From contig DCHI01000078.1 in the NCBI GenBank assembly GCA_002314795.1, positions 7,898 through 71,897 on the forward strand: a stretch of 64,000 bases of DNA. Direction: 5' to 3'. This document shows, piece after piece, positions 8,770 to 19,400 of this stretch. Below the pieces are notes generated by a model. That model was not told the origin of the DNA, searched no databases, and saw only the letters and a program-made list of their open reading frames with translations. The translations under genes were made by a program, and so were the position numbers. The stretch comes from Bacteroidales bacterium UBA1756. Lineage in GTDB: Bacteria; Bacteroidota; Bacteroidia; Bacteroidales; WCHB1-69. Positions within the stretch are counted from its first letter, which is position 1. The number at the start of each line of letters is the position of its first letter.

Positions 8770-10086
8770 TTAAACAGTGTGCCCAATCAAGGTGGCAGCG
8801 GTACACGATTCTATCTCCACCATCACATAATCGCCTTTTTTATAATTTTTCTTTGGAAAAACGGCTACCTTGTTTTGGGATGTTCTTCCAAACAACTGGT
8901 CTTCAGAACGTTTTGAAACACCTTCCACCAAAACCTCGAAGGTTTTACCAATATCACGACGATTGTGTTCCAACGAAAGTTGCTGTTGCAAAGCAATGAT
9001 TTCTTCCAAACGCTTGGTTTTCAAATCCTCGGGAATATCATCCTCGAAATGGGTGGTCGCGTACGTGTTTTCACGAAGAGAATATTTGAACATATAGGCA
9101 TACGAGTAACCGACTTCGCGCATCAATGACAGCGTGGCCTGGTGTTCCTCCTCGGTTTCACCACAAAAGCCAGCAATTATATCAGTGGCGATGGCACATT
9201 CGGGAACCAATCTTTTGATGGTTTCAATTTTTTCCAAATATTGCTCGCGGGTATAGACACGATTCATCCGTTGCAGCATAGAAGTGCTTCCCGCTTGAAC
9301 CGGCAGATGGACAAACTTGCAAACGTTGGGATATTTTGCAATAACACGAATCAATTCTTCCGAAATATCCTTTGGATGCGAAGTGGCGAAACGGACGCGA
9401 AGTTGCGGGGACAAAAGAGCCACCTGCTCCATTAACTGAGCAAAGGTGGTCACATTGCCATCAACTTCGTAATGGTACGAGTTCACATTTTGTCCTAACA
9501 AAGTCACCTCTTTATAGCCATCGGCAAGAAGCTGGCGTGCTTCGTCAAGAATCGTTTTGGGAGAACGGCTGCGTTCACGTCCGCGGGTGAATGGGACAAC
9601 GCAATAGGAGCAGAAATTGTCACACCCACGCATAATGGAGATGAAACCGGAGACGCCATTGGCGGCGTACCGCACGGGCATAATGTCATCGTAGGTTTCA
9701 GTTTTGGAGAGGAGAACGTTGTAGGCCTTCTCCCCTGCTGCCGCTTCTTCAATCAAGTTTGGAAGTGAACGATAGGTATCGGGGCCGGCCACAAAGTCAA
9801 GCGTAGGTTCTTCGTCCAGAATCTGTTTTTTCAAACGCTCAGCCATACAACCCAACAGCCCTACCAGAAGTTTAGGAGAACGTTTCTTCAGAGCGGCAAG
9901 TTCCCGTAGCCGCTTATGGATTCGTTGTTCCGCATTGTCACGAATGGAACAAGTATTTATCAAAATCAAATCCGCCGACTGTTCATCGTCGGTAATGGTA
10001 TAATTATTTGATAAAATTGATGCAACAACCTCACTGTCAGCGACATTCATCTGACAGCCGTAAGTTTCAATAAAGAGTTTTTTCAT
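8770..10086 (-). CDS. miaB: tRNA-2-methylthio-N6-dimethylallyladenosine synthase
   Basis: It has an N-terminal ETYGCQMN motif, the radical-SAM motif CDNFCSYCVVPFTRG and a C-terminal TRAM-like domain. 438 aa. Confidence 0.9.
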   Translation of the reverse strand: MKKLFIETYGCQMNVADSEVVASILSNNYTITDDEQSADLILINTCSIRDNAEQRIHKRLRELAALKKRSPKLLVGLLGCMAERLKKQILDEEPTLDFVAGPDTYRSLPNLIEEAAAGEKAYNVLLSKTETYDDIMPVRYAANGVSGFISIMRGCDNFCSYCVVPFTRGRERSRSPKTILDEARQLLADGYKEVTLLGQNVNSYHYEVDGNVTTFAQLMEQVALLSPQLRVRFATSHPKDISEELIRVIAKYPNVCKFVHLPVQAGSTSMLQRMNRVYTREQYLEKIETIKRLVPECAIATDIIAGFCGETEEEHQATLSLMREVGYSYAYMFKYSLRENTYATTHFEDDIPEDLKTKRLEEIIALQQQLSLEHNRRDIGKTFEVLVEGVSKRSEDQLFGRTSQNKVAVFPKKNYKKGDYVMVEIESCTAATLIGHTV

Positions 10087-10103
10087 AGTGGAAATTTGAG
10101 TCG

Positions 10104-10111
10104 CAAAGATA
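10104..10111 (-). promoter_or_regulatory. -7 promoter box for miaB
   Basis: The reverse strand reads TATCTTTG, 18 nt upstream of the ATG. Confidence 0.5.
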
Positions 10112-10187
10112 CGGATAATAATTGAGATTATTTTTTTATAAAAAAGGAGGAGCGAAATCGAACTATTTTAAAGAATAATTCAAAAAA

Positions 10188-10565
10188 TCAGATCCAAAAA
10201 CTTTCCGGGAGCCAGACATTTTCTAACGCTTGAGCCCGCTTGAACAGAGGAGCTATTTGTTCATCTTTGAAGCCGGCAATGCCGCAGCCGATGCGAGTGA
10301 CAAAAAATTTCAATTCGGGATGGTCTTCTGCAAAAATGATAAATTCATCCACGTAGGGCCAAATACGGTTCACTCCACCGTGCATCGTTGGAATGCCATA
10401 ACTCTGTCCTTGAAGACCAACTCCCTGTCCCCAGATGGCTCCGAATTTATTGTACGCTACTCGCGCAGCGCCACCGCCGTGCATCCCGGCCAAATTGCTT
10501 CCAAAAACAAAAATCTCATTCTTGTTGAGCTCCGTAATGTTCTCTGGAGTAATACGTTTTTCCAT
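10188..10565 (-). CDS. Small conserved protein of the IFVFGSN-x-G-x-HG-x-GAA / IGCG-x-AG family (macro-domain-like, often phage-associated)
   Basis: 125 aa with motifs NEIFVFGSNLAGMHGGGAARVA, GQSYGIPT and VTRIGCGIAGF. The family assignment is from memory only. Confidence 0.5.
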   Translation of the reverse strand: MEKRITPENITELNKNEIFVFGSNLAGMHGGGAARVAYNKFGAIWGQGVGLQGQSYGIPTMHGGVNRIWPYVDEFIIFAEDHPELKFFVTRIGCGIAGFKDEQIAPLFKRAQALENVWLPESFWI

Positions 10566-10579
10566 AACTGTCAGGATAA

Positions 10580-11281
10580 CTATCTTTTAATACTTAATTT
10601 TTTAACCAAGATTCCATTATCAGAAAAGATTTTGACAATATACATCCCTTCGGCGAGAGCAGAGACATCAAAGGTAGAGGACTCCGTCAAATTGGAGAAG
10701 GCACTAACACGACGACCGCTTAAATCAAAAATCTGTAATTCTTTAGGATTGATTCCCGAAAGAGAGAATGAAGTGGACGTCGGGTTCGGGAAAAGCGACA
10801 CTTCAGAATTTGGAATGTCGGAAACAGGAAGCGGGCGTGTAAAGTTGATACAGGAAACATTATTTGAAGAATCCGGATCCGTAGCAGCTCCGATAATCTT
10901 GACTTCAAAGCAAATGTAACAAGCCATCAAGTGATATTGGTCCATCACTTCGGACGTCCAGATGGGTTGAGCCAAATCCACGATGGTTTGTTGTCCGGTA
11001 GTGAGCGACTGCAACTGCGCCCCCATCATTCGAATCGTAGTGATGTAAGTAGTCTGGTTATTCGTTACCAAGAAAATAACGGAATCCGTAGCGGCGGGCA
11101 CCGCGGGACCATTATTCTTTAAAATAACACGCGGTTTGAAATCATCGGAAGCATTTAATACGATAGAAGAAATCTGACTCCCCTGCTCATCAGCAAAACC
11201 AACAATTTCATAATCAACCTGCTGTGCATTAAGACAGAACAGAGGTAATAAGAGTGTCAATAAAATAAAAAAACGTTTCAT
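10580..11281 (-). CDS. Secreted protein with CARDB-like N-domain and T9SS type-A C-terminal sorting domain
   Basis: It has a signal peptide MKRFFILLTLLLPLFCLNAQ. The C-terminus SLFPNPTSTSFSL...GMYIVKIFSDNGILVKKLSIKR is typical of Por_Secre_tail. Confidence 0.75.
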   Translation of the reverse strand: MKRFFILLTLLLPLFCLNAQQVDYEIVGFADEQGSQISSIVLNASDDFKPRVILKNNGPAVPAATDSVIFLVTNNQTTYITTIRMMGAQLQSLTTGQQTIVDLAQPIWTSEVMDQYHLMACYICFEVKIIGAATDPDSSNNVSCINFTRPLPVSDIPNSEVSLFPNPTSTSFSLSGINPKELQIFDLSGRRVSAFSNLTESSTFDVSALAEGMYIVKIFSDNGILVKKLSIKR

Positions 11282-11283
11282 AA

Positions 11284-12060
11284 TTAAATATTATTTTGAT
11301 TTGAACGATAGCACAGGATTTCGACTTCAGCATCACGCTGCCACTTTGAAAGAATAGACAAACGTCCGTGGTAGGCAGTAATTTCGATGACACCTAAACT
11401 ATTAGGAGTCAGATAGGGCTCAACGTCTTCAACATAATGCTTGTGAAATCGAGTTATGGTGTGGGAGCCGACAATGGCCGTAAAACGATTATCTGTCACT
11501 TTTTCATTAAACAGAGCAAAAGGGATATTGGTCAGCACATTCCCATTTGCATCGATATGCGCGACGTGACCGGAAATGCGATTGGAAGAAGGAATATACT
11601 GAGCATCAAAGGGAATGCGGATTTTCAAAGAATAGTCATTCGTGTGTTCAGCAACATTTCCTGCCAAACAAAAAGAGGCCAATTCAACTAACTTCGCAAG
11701 AAAATTCGATTGATCGCTTTCATAAATGCGCACAAATTCCAACTGAGTTAGGTCTCGAAACATCAACGAAAAGACTCCAGAATCGTGACCAACAAAATAA
11801 TGTCCGTTCATTGAAACGACAACGGGATTCGCTTCCAAATTGGAAGTAGCCCCCGTAAGAATTATGTGAACGGTTCCAATAGGAAAAGAAGCGAACGAAT
11901 GAGATAACAAAAAGGCAGTTTCATTAACATTACACAACGGAACATCGTGGGTAACGTCAATAACCATAAGATTATTCAATGAAGAATAAAGCAAGCCCTT
12001 AAATTGAGAAACGTACGGATCTTGCAAGTTCCAATCGCTGATAAGAGTGATGAAATTCAT
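11284..12060 (-). CDS. SAM hydroxide adenosyltransferase / chlorinase-fluorinase-like (former DUF62) protein, divergent
   Basis: 258 aa. The N-terminus ITLISDWNLQDPYVSQFKGLL...VIDVTHDVP...FPIGTVHIIL parallels the DUF62 pattern (TDFG..D.YVG.MKGV...DITH...P.GTVH), but the DFG and DPGVG motifs are degenerate. Confidence 0.5.
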   Translation of the reverse strand: MNFITLISDWNLQDPYVSQFKGLLYSSLNNLMVIDVTHDVPLCNVNETAFLLSHSFASFPIGTVHIILTGATSNLEANPVVVSMNGHYFVGHDSGVFSLMFRDLTQLEFVRIYESDQSNFLAKLVELASFCLAGNVAEHTNDYSLKIRIPFDAQYIPSSNRISGHVAHIDANGNVLTNIPFALFNEKVTDNRFTAIVGSHTITRFHKHYVEDVEPYLTPNSLGVIEITAYHGRLSILSKWQRDAEVEILCYRSNQNNI

Positions 12061-12070
12061 ATACGGACCT

Positions 12071-13348
12071 TTATAAACCTAAAGAATGATAAATCAATTC
12101 GTGTACAATAAGACGGAGCCGTGATTTCGATAACTTGTTCGGCTCAGCATCAGGATATACTCTATTGGAGAGAAAAACATAAATCAAGTCGTTCTCCGGA
12201 TCACACCAAAAAACGGTTCCAGTAAACCCCTGGTGCCCAAAAGTTCTCTTACCAGCAGCTGCAGGGAGGATTTCGCTTGGTCCAGGAAAGGAAGGGGTAT
12301 CAAATCCCAAAGCACGACGTTGACAATTGTGCATTGGACAAGTCGTAACAAATTGGCGAACTGTCTTCTGAGAAAGGTAAGTCCGCCCTTTGTAAACGCC
12401 ACCGTGCATAAGCATAGAGAGCAAAACGCCGACCTCTTGTGCGGTTGAGAAAAGCCCGGCATTACCACAAACACCACCCATAACCGAAGCGGTTTGGTCG
12501 TGGACATAACCCTTAATCACTCGCTTACGGAAATAAGTATCATTTTCAGTAGGTGCGATGTTCCCATCGTGGATGAAATAAAGCGGCAAAAAACCGGTAC
12601 GAGTCAAACCCATCGGCTGATAAAAATACTCGTACAAGAATTCATCCATCGGCCTATCAAGAATGGTTTCAACAATATCACATAATAGAAAGAAACCAAG
12701 ATCACTATAGCGGTATTGCTTGCGAAGGAGTGGATACTGAACCAATTTGGCTCGAACAATATCCGGGTAATCATAACGAAGAAAAACACTATCAGCCAAT
12801 ACAATAGGAAAAGAATCGGATTCTGTAGGACGAAGATAACGAGAATCCCAAACACCATTGTTGGATATTTCTCTATAAAAAGGAATAAATGGGGAAAGAC
12901 CGGAAGTATGCGTTAGCAACTCAGCGATAGTAAGGGAAGCGACAGGAGTTCCTGAAGAATAATCTAAAAATTGACCAACCGTATCGGTAAGACGAATCTT
13001 TCCATCATCATATAGTTTCATAACTGCCAAAGTCGTGGCCAAGGACTTAGTCATAGAAGCAACATCGTATGACGTATTTGCATCGACATGAGAAACACTA
13101 TCGTAAGTAAGAAAACCGTAGTTCTTATAGAAAATAATAGTATCAGAATGTATGGCTATAATTTGACAACCAGGGAAAATATGGCTACGTATAGCAGAAT
13201 TTACAAGCGAGTCAATTATATTTGAAGAATCGTCAGCGAGCTGATTACAAGAATTGGGAGAAAACAAAAGCGAACTCTGCGAAAAAGAGGACACAATGAT
13301 TGCAACAAATAGCAAAAAAAACGATAAAAAGCGACAATAGCTTCGCAT
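12071..13348 (-). CDS. Secreted serine hydrolase, beta-lactamase/PBP (class C-like) family
   Basis: It has the SxxK motif ASMTKS and a late HQGFTGT motif. The ATG at 13348 (MRSYCRFLSFFLLFVAIIVSSFSQ) gives a normal signal peptide. The track start at 13426 would overlap the promoter and terminator. Confidence 0.8.
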   Translation of the reverse strand: MRSYCRFLSFFLLFVAIIVSSFSQSSLLFSPNSCNQLADDSSNIIDSLVNSAIRSHIFPGCQIIAIHSDTIIFYKNYGFLTYDSVSHVDANTSYDVASMTKSLATTLAVMKLYDDGKIRLTDTVGQFLDYSSGTPVASLTIAELLTHTSGLSPFIPFYREISNNGVWDSRYLRPTESDSFPIVLADSVFLRYDYPDIVRAKLVQYPLLRKQYRYSDLGFFLLCDIVETILDRPMDEFLYEYFYQPMGLTRTGFLPLYFIHDGNIAPTENDTYFRKRVIKGYVHDQTASVMGGVCGNAGLFSTAQEVGVLLSMLMHGGVYKGRTYLSQKTVRQFVTTCPMHNCQRRALGFDTPSFPGPSEILPAAAGKRTFGHQGFTGTVFWCDPENDLIYVFLSNRVYPDAEPNKLSKSRLRLIVHELIYHSLGL

Positions 13349-13369
13349 AAATGCATAATTATCAAACTG

Positions 13370-13377
13370 CAAAAATA
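13370..13377 (-). promoter_or_regulatory. -7 promoter box for the four-gene operon 13348..10188
   Basis: The reverse strand reads TATTTTTG, 22 nt upstream of the ATG at 13348. Confidence 0.5.
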
Positions 13378-13434
13378 ATAGAAGCAAAAAAAATAGAATA
13401 GAAAGCCATAGAAAAATTGTCAACAAAACAATGT

Positions 13435-13467
13435 AAAAAAAAAGAGGCCAGTAACACTGACCTCTTT
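13435..13467 (-). terminator. Intrinsic terminator after the giant T9SS gene
   Basis: The minus-strand RNA reads AGAGGUCAG-UGUUA-CUGGCCUCU (one mismatch) followed by a 9-U tract (plus-strand A run 13435-13443). Confidence 0.8.
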
Positions 13468-13486
13468 ATAAAAGATGTATTAAAAC

Positions 13487-16400
13487 TTACTTGATAATGA
13501 CAACTCGTTTAGTTACTAAAGCATCTTTGCTACGTGCTGTGATAAGGTAAACACCTTGAGCATAATCAGCAGTAGAAATCTTAACGATAGGAGTGCTTTG
13601 AGTATCAAGAACGTCAAGGTTAATTGTTTGAAGAACAGCGCCATTCGGGCTGGAAAGCATAACCTTAGTTTCACCTTCAAAACCTTGGAGTTCTACTTGG
13701 ACGAATTCCTTAGCAGGATTCGGGTAAACAGTAGCTTGAGGAACAATTTCTGCATCATCTGCAAATACCACAGTACCATTTATAGGATCAGTAGATGGCA
13801 TCGGAGACGGAGTAGCAGAAGCATCAACGTGGAAATAAATATCAATAGAATTATATTCTTTTTCAATAACAGAAGAGTTACCACCGACAGGAACGTTAAG
13901 AGCCAAGTTCCAAGTATAATTTCCAGAAGGATTAAGATGATTACGTTTATGCAAAGTAGCAACAATCTTATAGTCGCCTTCGCCATCATACAACGGAGAA
14001 CCGAAGCGGTTAATCAAGATAGTATTTGCACGAGCGTCAGCGTAGAAATCACCAGAACCAGTATGTTCGTGACCCGGAGGAAGTTGTGCTTCATTATAAT
14101 CCGGGGCAGCCCAACAAAGATTGAGGTAATCGTAATCCCAATCGTGACCAGCACCGTGTGGAGTATATAAATCAGGAATAGAAACATAACTGTTATTACT
14201 AACAGTGTTGGGTAAGGAGAAGTTGTCAAAGAACGTACGATAGTACGGTTCGAAATAGTCCGTAACATTAGACATCAACTCATAATTTTCAGTAACGTCA
14301 TTGTAACGATAGAGTTCATACTCAATAGATACACCAATATTCGGATCACAACCAGTACAGTTACGATCAATAAAGATTTCCCAACCAACATTGGTAGAAG
14401 CAGTATTGAAGGTATCCATAATGGTCTGTTCTTGTACCTTAGACCAATCACTTCTCTCAGAAAAACGACGAACCTTCAAGAATGGGTTATCTTCAACATT
14501 CAAATAGAGATTATAAATACTATCACAACCGTGAGAAGTAGGAATATTTTCAGAGAAGTGATAAATAGAATCAGAAACTGTGAATTCGGAAGCCGGTATT
14601 GTTTTAGATCTGTCAGGTGTAATCTGCCAATAATAACCAGAAACAGAAGCAACAGAGAAACAAACACGATCAACATCACTGAATGAATAGGAAGGATAAA
14701 CTGACTTCACAGCTGAAGTATCAGTTGCTGAGCAGTTATGTGCATCCGTAACAGTAGTAATCACTCTATAATCACCAACTTCTACAGCAACCGTATCCAA
14801 GATAGAAGATGCCGTTGAATCAAGAATTTGAGAAATTGAATCAGGTAACATCCACAATTTAGAAACGAAAGTGTAATCGGTTGTACCACCCGTAGCAGAA
14901 AGATCAAGAGCTATCAAACCAGCTGTACAAGTACCGTCCAAAGTAACAGTGTTAGTCAAAATGAGTTCATCAGGTTCACCAACAGTAATCGTATCTGAAA
15001 CGGAACAACCAAACGTGTCAACAACAGTAACAGTGTAAAAATCAGCATCAAGAGAAGTGAAAGTGTAGGTTGAAAATACAGATGGAACTGGAGTAGAACC
15101 ATTATCGTAGGTAAATGGAGATTGACCACCCGTAACAAAAACTGTTATAGAGCCATCTCCGGATTGATAACAAGTAAGATCAACAGCAGTAAGTGACGAA
15201 ATCTTGATTGAATCTTCCACTGTAACGACGATATGAATCGTATCAACATTATTGCAGCTATCCGTAAATATAATTTCAACTTCCGTATCATTAATGATTT
15301 CAGTACCTGCAACAGGGGCTTGAGTATATAACTTGTATGCGCTTACCCAGTTATCACTGAAATGATCAGCAACGGTGTCTGAGAAATCAGGAACGAAGAA
15401 TTGACAGGAAAGGTTACGTACAGCGGGAACGGTATCCAAATAGTCAAAGTTAATAACAGTCGGAGCAATCGTATCCTTAATAACAATTTTATGAGTAATG
15501 GTATCAGAAACATTACCACAACTATCAACAACCGTATATTTTCTCGTGATGAAGGAGGAACAAGCAATCTTGTCAATAGTAGTGTCAGCGGTAACAGAAT
15601 GAATAGCATCAACTAACTTGCAGTCGGTAACAGAAGCACCATTAGCATTCAACTGAGTAGCGGTGGTATAAGGAGCATTAGCAGTATAAACACCAAATTC
15701 ATCAACATAAATAGTCGTGTCATTCAAAATATTGTCGGCAACATAAGGTTTTAATGTATCGGTAACGAAGAAGAACTGATTAAAAGTAGAAGTGTGACCA
15801 CAAGAATCTTTTACGGAATAAGTGCGGTGAATCATCATCGGACAGAAACCAGAAACAGTATCGATAGCTGAAACGGTTAAGTCTTTCTTCAACTTACAAT
15901 CAGTAACCGTAATACGTGTGGGGAGTTCATCAACACTAGCATACGTCAAAGACGGATCAATCGTATAGCCACAGATATTATCCAAATACAATGTAACCGT
16001 ATCGAGTGTACCAACTACAAGAGGAGCAATCGTATCAGCAACATAAACTGTATCGTTGAATGTAGAAGTATGAGCACAAGAATCATAAACCGTGTAAGTA
16101 AGGTAAACGGTCTTGGCCTTACTACAATCAGCTCCACCAATTTCGAGGGTATCAATTGTACAAGTCAACGTATCTTTCAAATTGCAGTCAGTAATACCAG
16201 CCAGCATAGTAGACGGAAGATCCGTTACGTGAGTATAAACAGTATAGGCGAAATTACAAGAACCATCCATATATACCTGTTGAGGAGTCATAACAGTAGT
16301 GATGGCAGGAGCAGTAACATCATTGATATAAATAGTATGCGTAAAGTAATTTGAAACCAAGCCACAACTATCAGCGATAGAATATGTTCTGACAACCGTA

Positions 16401-19400
16401 CGTGAACAGCTGACAGCAGCCGTATCATCAGACACCAAAGTAACAGGAGTATTATCACCAACATTGCAATCAACAACGCTGAAAGCAGAATCGTATGCCT
16501 TAACTTGGCCAACAGTAGTGAAATAAGGAATAGCAACACCTAAACAATTACTACTGGATTCATCCATATCAATAACAGAATCCTTAACTGTAGTAGAGAC
16601 AACAGGAGCAACTGTGTCAAGGACAACAACACGCTGGAAGATTGTATCAGACCAATGGTCAGAACACTTATCTTTCACTTGATATCTTACGACCACAAAA
16701 GAGGTACAGTTATCACGTGTAGTATCCGCAAGAGACAATCTACGAATGTTAGCAGGATTAGACCAATCAGCATTACAATCGTTCATAACGACACCGTGGT
16801 CAATAGCATCTTGCGGAGTCGTCCAGAATGGAACACCCGGAATCTCGCACGCAATAGTGTAGTATAAAGTGTCATAAACAGTAGCTGTATCAACGGTGAC
16901 AACGGGAGCCAAAGTGTCCAAAACAGTAATAGTCAAACGAATGGTATCCGACATATTACCGCAGGAGTCAGCAACCGTATATTTGTAATGAATACCGAAA
17001 GAACAAGCAAGTGCATCTACAATACTATCATACATCGTGACAACTGAGGATTCACCCACATTACAATCAGTCACAACATCAGCCCCTTCCCAATCATTCA
17101 AAGCACGAACAGTTGAGAAATGAACATTCGGAACAGTATAACCGCAAGTTGCATTCAAATATACAGTATCTCCCTTCAAATCAGAAACATTGACTGTAGG
17201 TGCAATAGTATCAAGTACGGTGAGAGTATGCGTAAAATCAGTATGATTACCAGAAGCGTCTGTAGCTCTATAGGTTCTGGTTAAGGTTCTGTCGCAAGAA
17301 AGCGATGAAAGAGAACCAGGTGTAAATACGGAAACCGTAACATCGCTACAATCGTTAATTGTAAGACCGACGTATGTTTTAGCGATAATACTTGTATAGA
17401 TAGCATTGGTATCAGCAGTTAATATACCACACGTACTATTCATATAAATGGTGTCGTACAAAGCAATCGGAGAAACAACAGGACTTGTAGTATCCAAAAT
17501 CGTAATCGTATGCTTAATCGTATCGAGGTTGTCACAACCATCATTCAATTTATAGTATCTAGTAACTACGTAAGGACAAGTAGTTCCGGTAGTATCAGAA
17601 TGAACTAAAGAGACTGTAGTATTGGAAAGGTGACAATCAGCAATAGTAGGATTAGAATGATGAGCATTCATTTCAGTTACTGAAGCAAAAGGAGTAACAG
17701 CAGGAAGAACACATTCTGAATAAGCACCTTGATAGATAGTATCAGTCATATCATTGGCAAAAGTAGGCGCGTCTTCATCATAAACAACAACCGTTTGGTA
17801 AAGTGTAGTATCGTTACCACAGTAATCTAAGAATGTATATGAAAGACGATAGTAATCGTGACAATCATCTGACGGAAGAGTACCATCGTGAAGAATCCAA
17901 ACGCGAGAATTATCATCCATACTACAATCATCCCAACCAGTAATATGTCCATATTTGGGATCAGCCTTTAATTGAGACATCGTATAAGATCCCTCAGCAG
18001 GCAAACTGACTGAGGGTTGGCAGGTTGCTGCATCAAGCTTGATAGAATCATTTTGCAAGGTATCCGTACCAACAGCCGTAATGATATGAGGAACTACACT
18101 ATCGTAAATACGGAAATTAGCGGTTTTGATGACGGAGTTACCGCAAGTATCCGAAACGGTCCAACGAACAGTATAAGTACGAGCAGAAGAAACAGTGGAA
18201 CAAGGATGAGTCGTAGCAATCGTATCAACAACGACAGAGTAAGAATTTTTACAAACGTCGTGTGCAACAAGACTGTTTTGCCAAAGAGTCATAGCGGCAG
18301 AAATAGCAGCTTCATCTCCACAGGGGAATTCTTGATCAGTAGGAGTTACATCGACAACTGGAGCAGCGTGGTCAACAATCTTGAAGTTTTCGCGAGTGGT
18401 CTCAGTATTACCACAAGCATCTTTCGCTTCCCAAAGAATGAAATAGGATCCTTCACAATCCGTAGTAGATTGATAGCCTTTATAATAATCCGGTTTGGAC
18501 GGAATAACATAAGCAGTATCAAATGGGTAATAAATAGCAGAGCTGGAAGTTTCAAAGTAATAGTAAGACATCGTTACGGTATCACGATTTTGTCCATCGT
18601 ATGCACGAACACCATAAAGCCAATTAAGGAATTGTGTCTTGTTACCTGCACCATCACATTCAACAACTTGGTCGATAGGACGCGTAAGTGTATCGATAAT
18701 AGGACTAATATGGTCAACGAGGTAGAAAGTATCAAGGTAGAAAGCGGTATTACCACAACCATCTTCAAATACCCAAGTAGTAACATATTTGGCAGTGCGA
18801 CCACAACCTCTAATTGTATCAGTCATAATCGTATCTATTACAGCAACCGAGCAAGCATCATCAAAGGTCACCTGAGCTAACCAAGCGGCGTATTCAGCCG
18901 CAACATCAGCCGTATCTACTTCTACTTCAGTATAAACAGGACGAGTGACAATATAAGGAGCAACCGTATCAATTACTTGGAACCAAGCGGTATCAGAAGC
19001 AACATTACCATAAATATCGTAGGTGAAGAATGCCCAGGTTTCTGTATAGACAGAAGCATTACAGCCAGGAACAGAATCAAGACGAGTGTGATACAAAGTG
19101 TCAATAGCACAATTATCCGTTGAGGTATAGGAACTCAAGAAGGCATTGTACTTATAAGACAAGAAGTAATCATCACAAGCGACAACAACAGTATCGCTAA
19201 GGAGCGTTGTATTAAGAACAGGAGCAATCGTATCAACGACAACAATAGTTTGAGTTTGCTCAGCAGCAACATTGCCACAAGCGTCTTCAGCTTTCCACGT
19301 TCTATAAATGGTATCTTTTACGTGTGTCGAAGTACGTGAAACTTCAGGAAGTGTGTAATCAACACGTGAGTCAACCGGAATCGTAACATCAGAATAAGTG

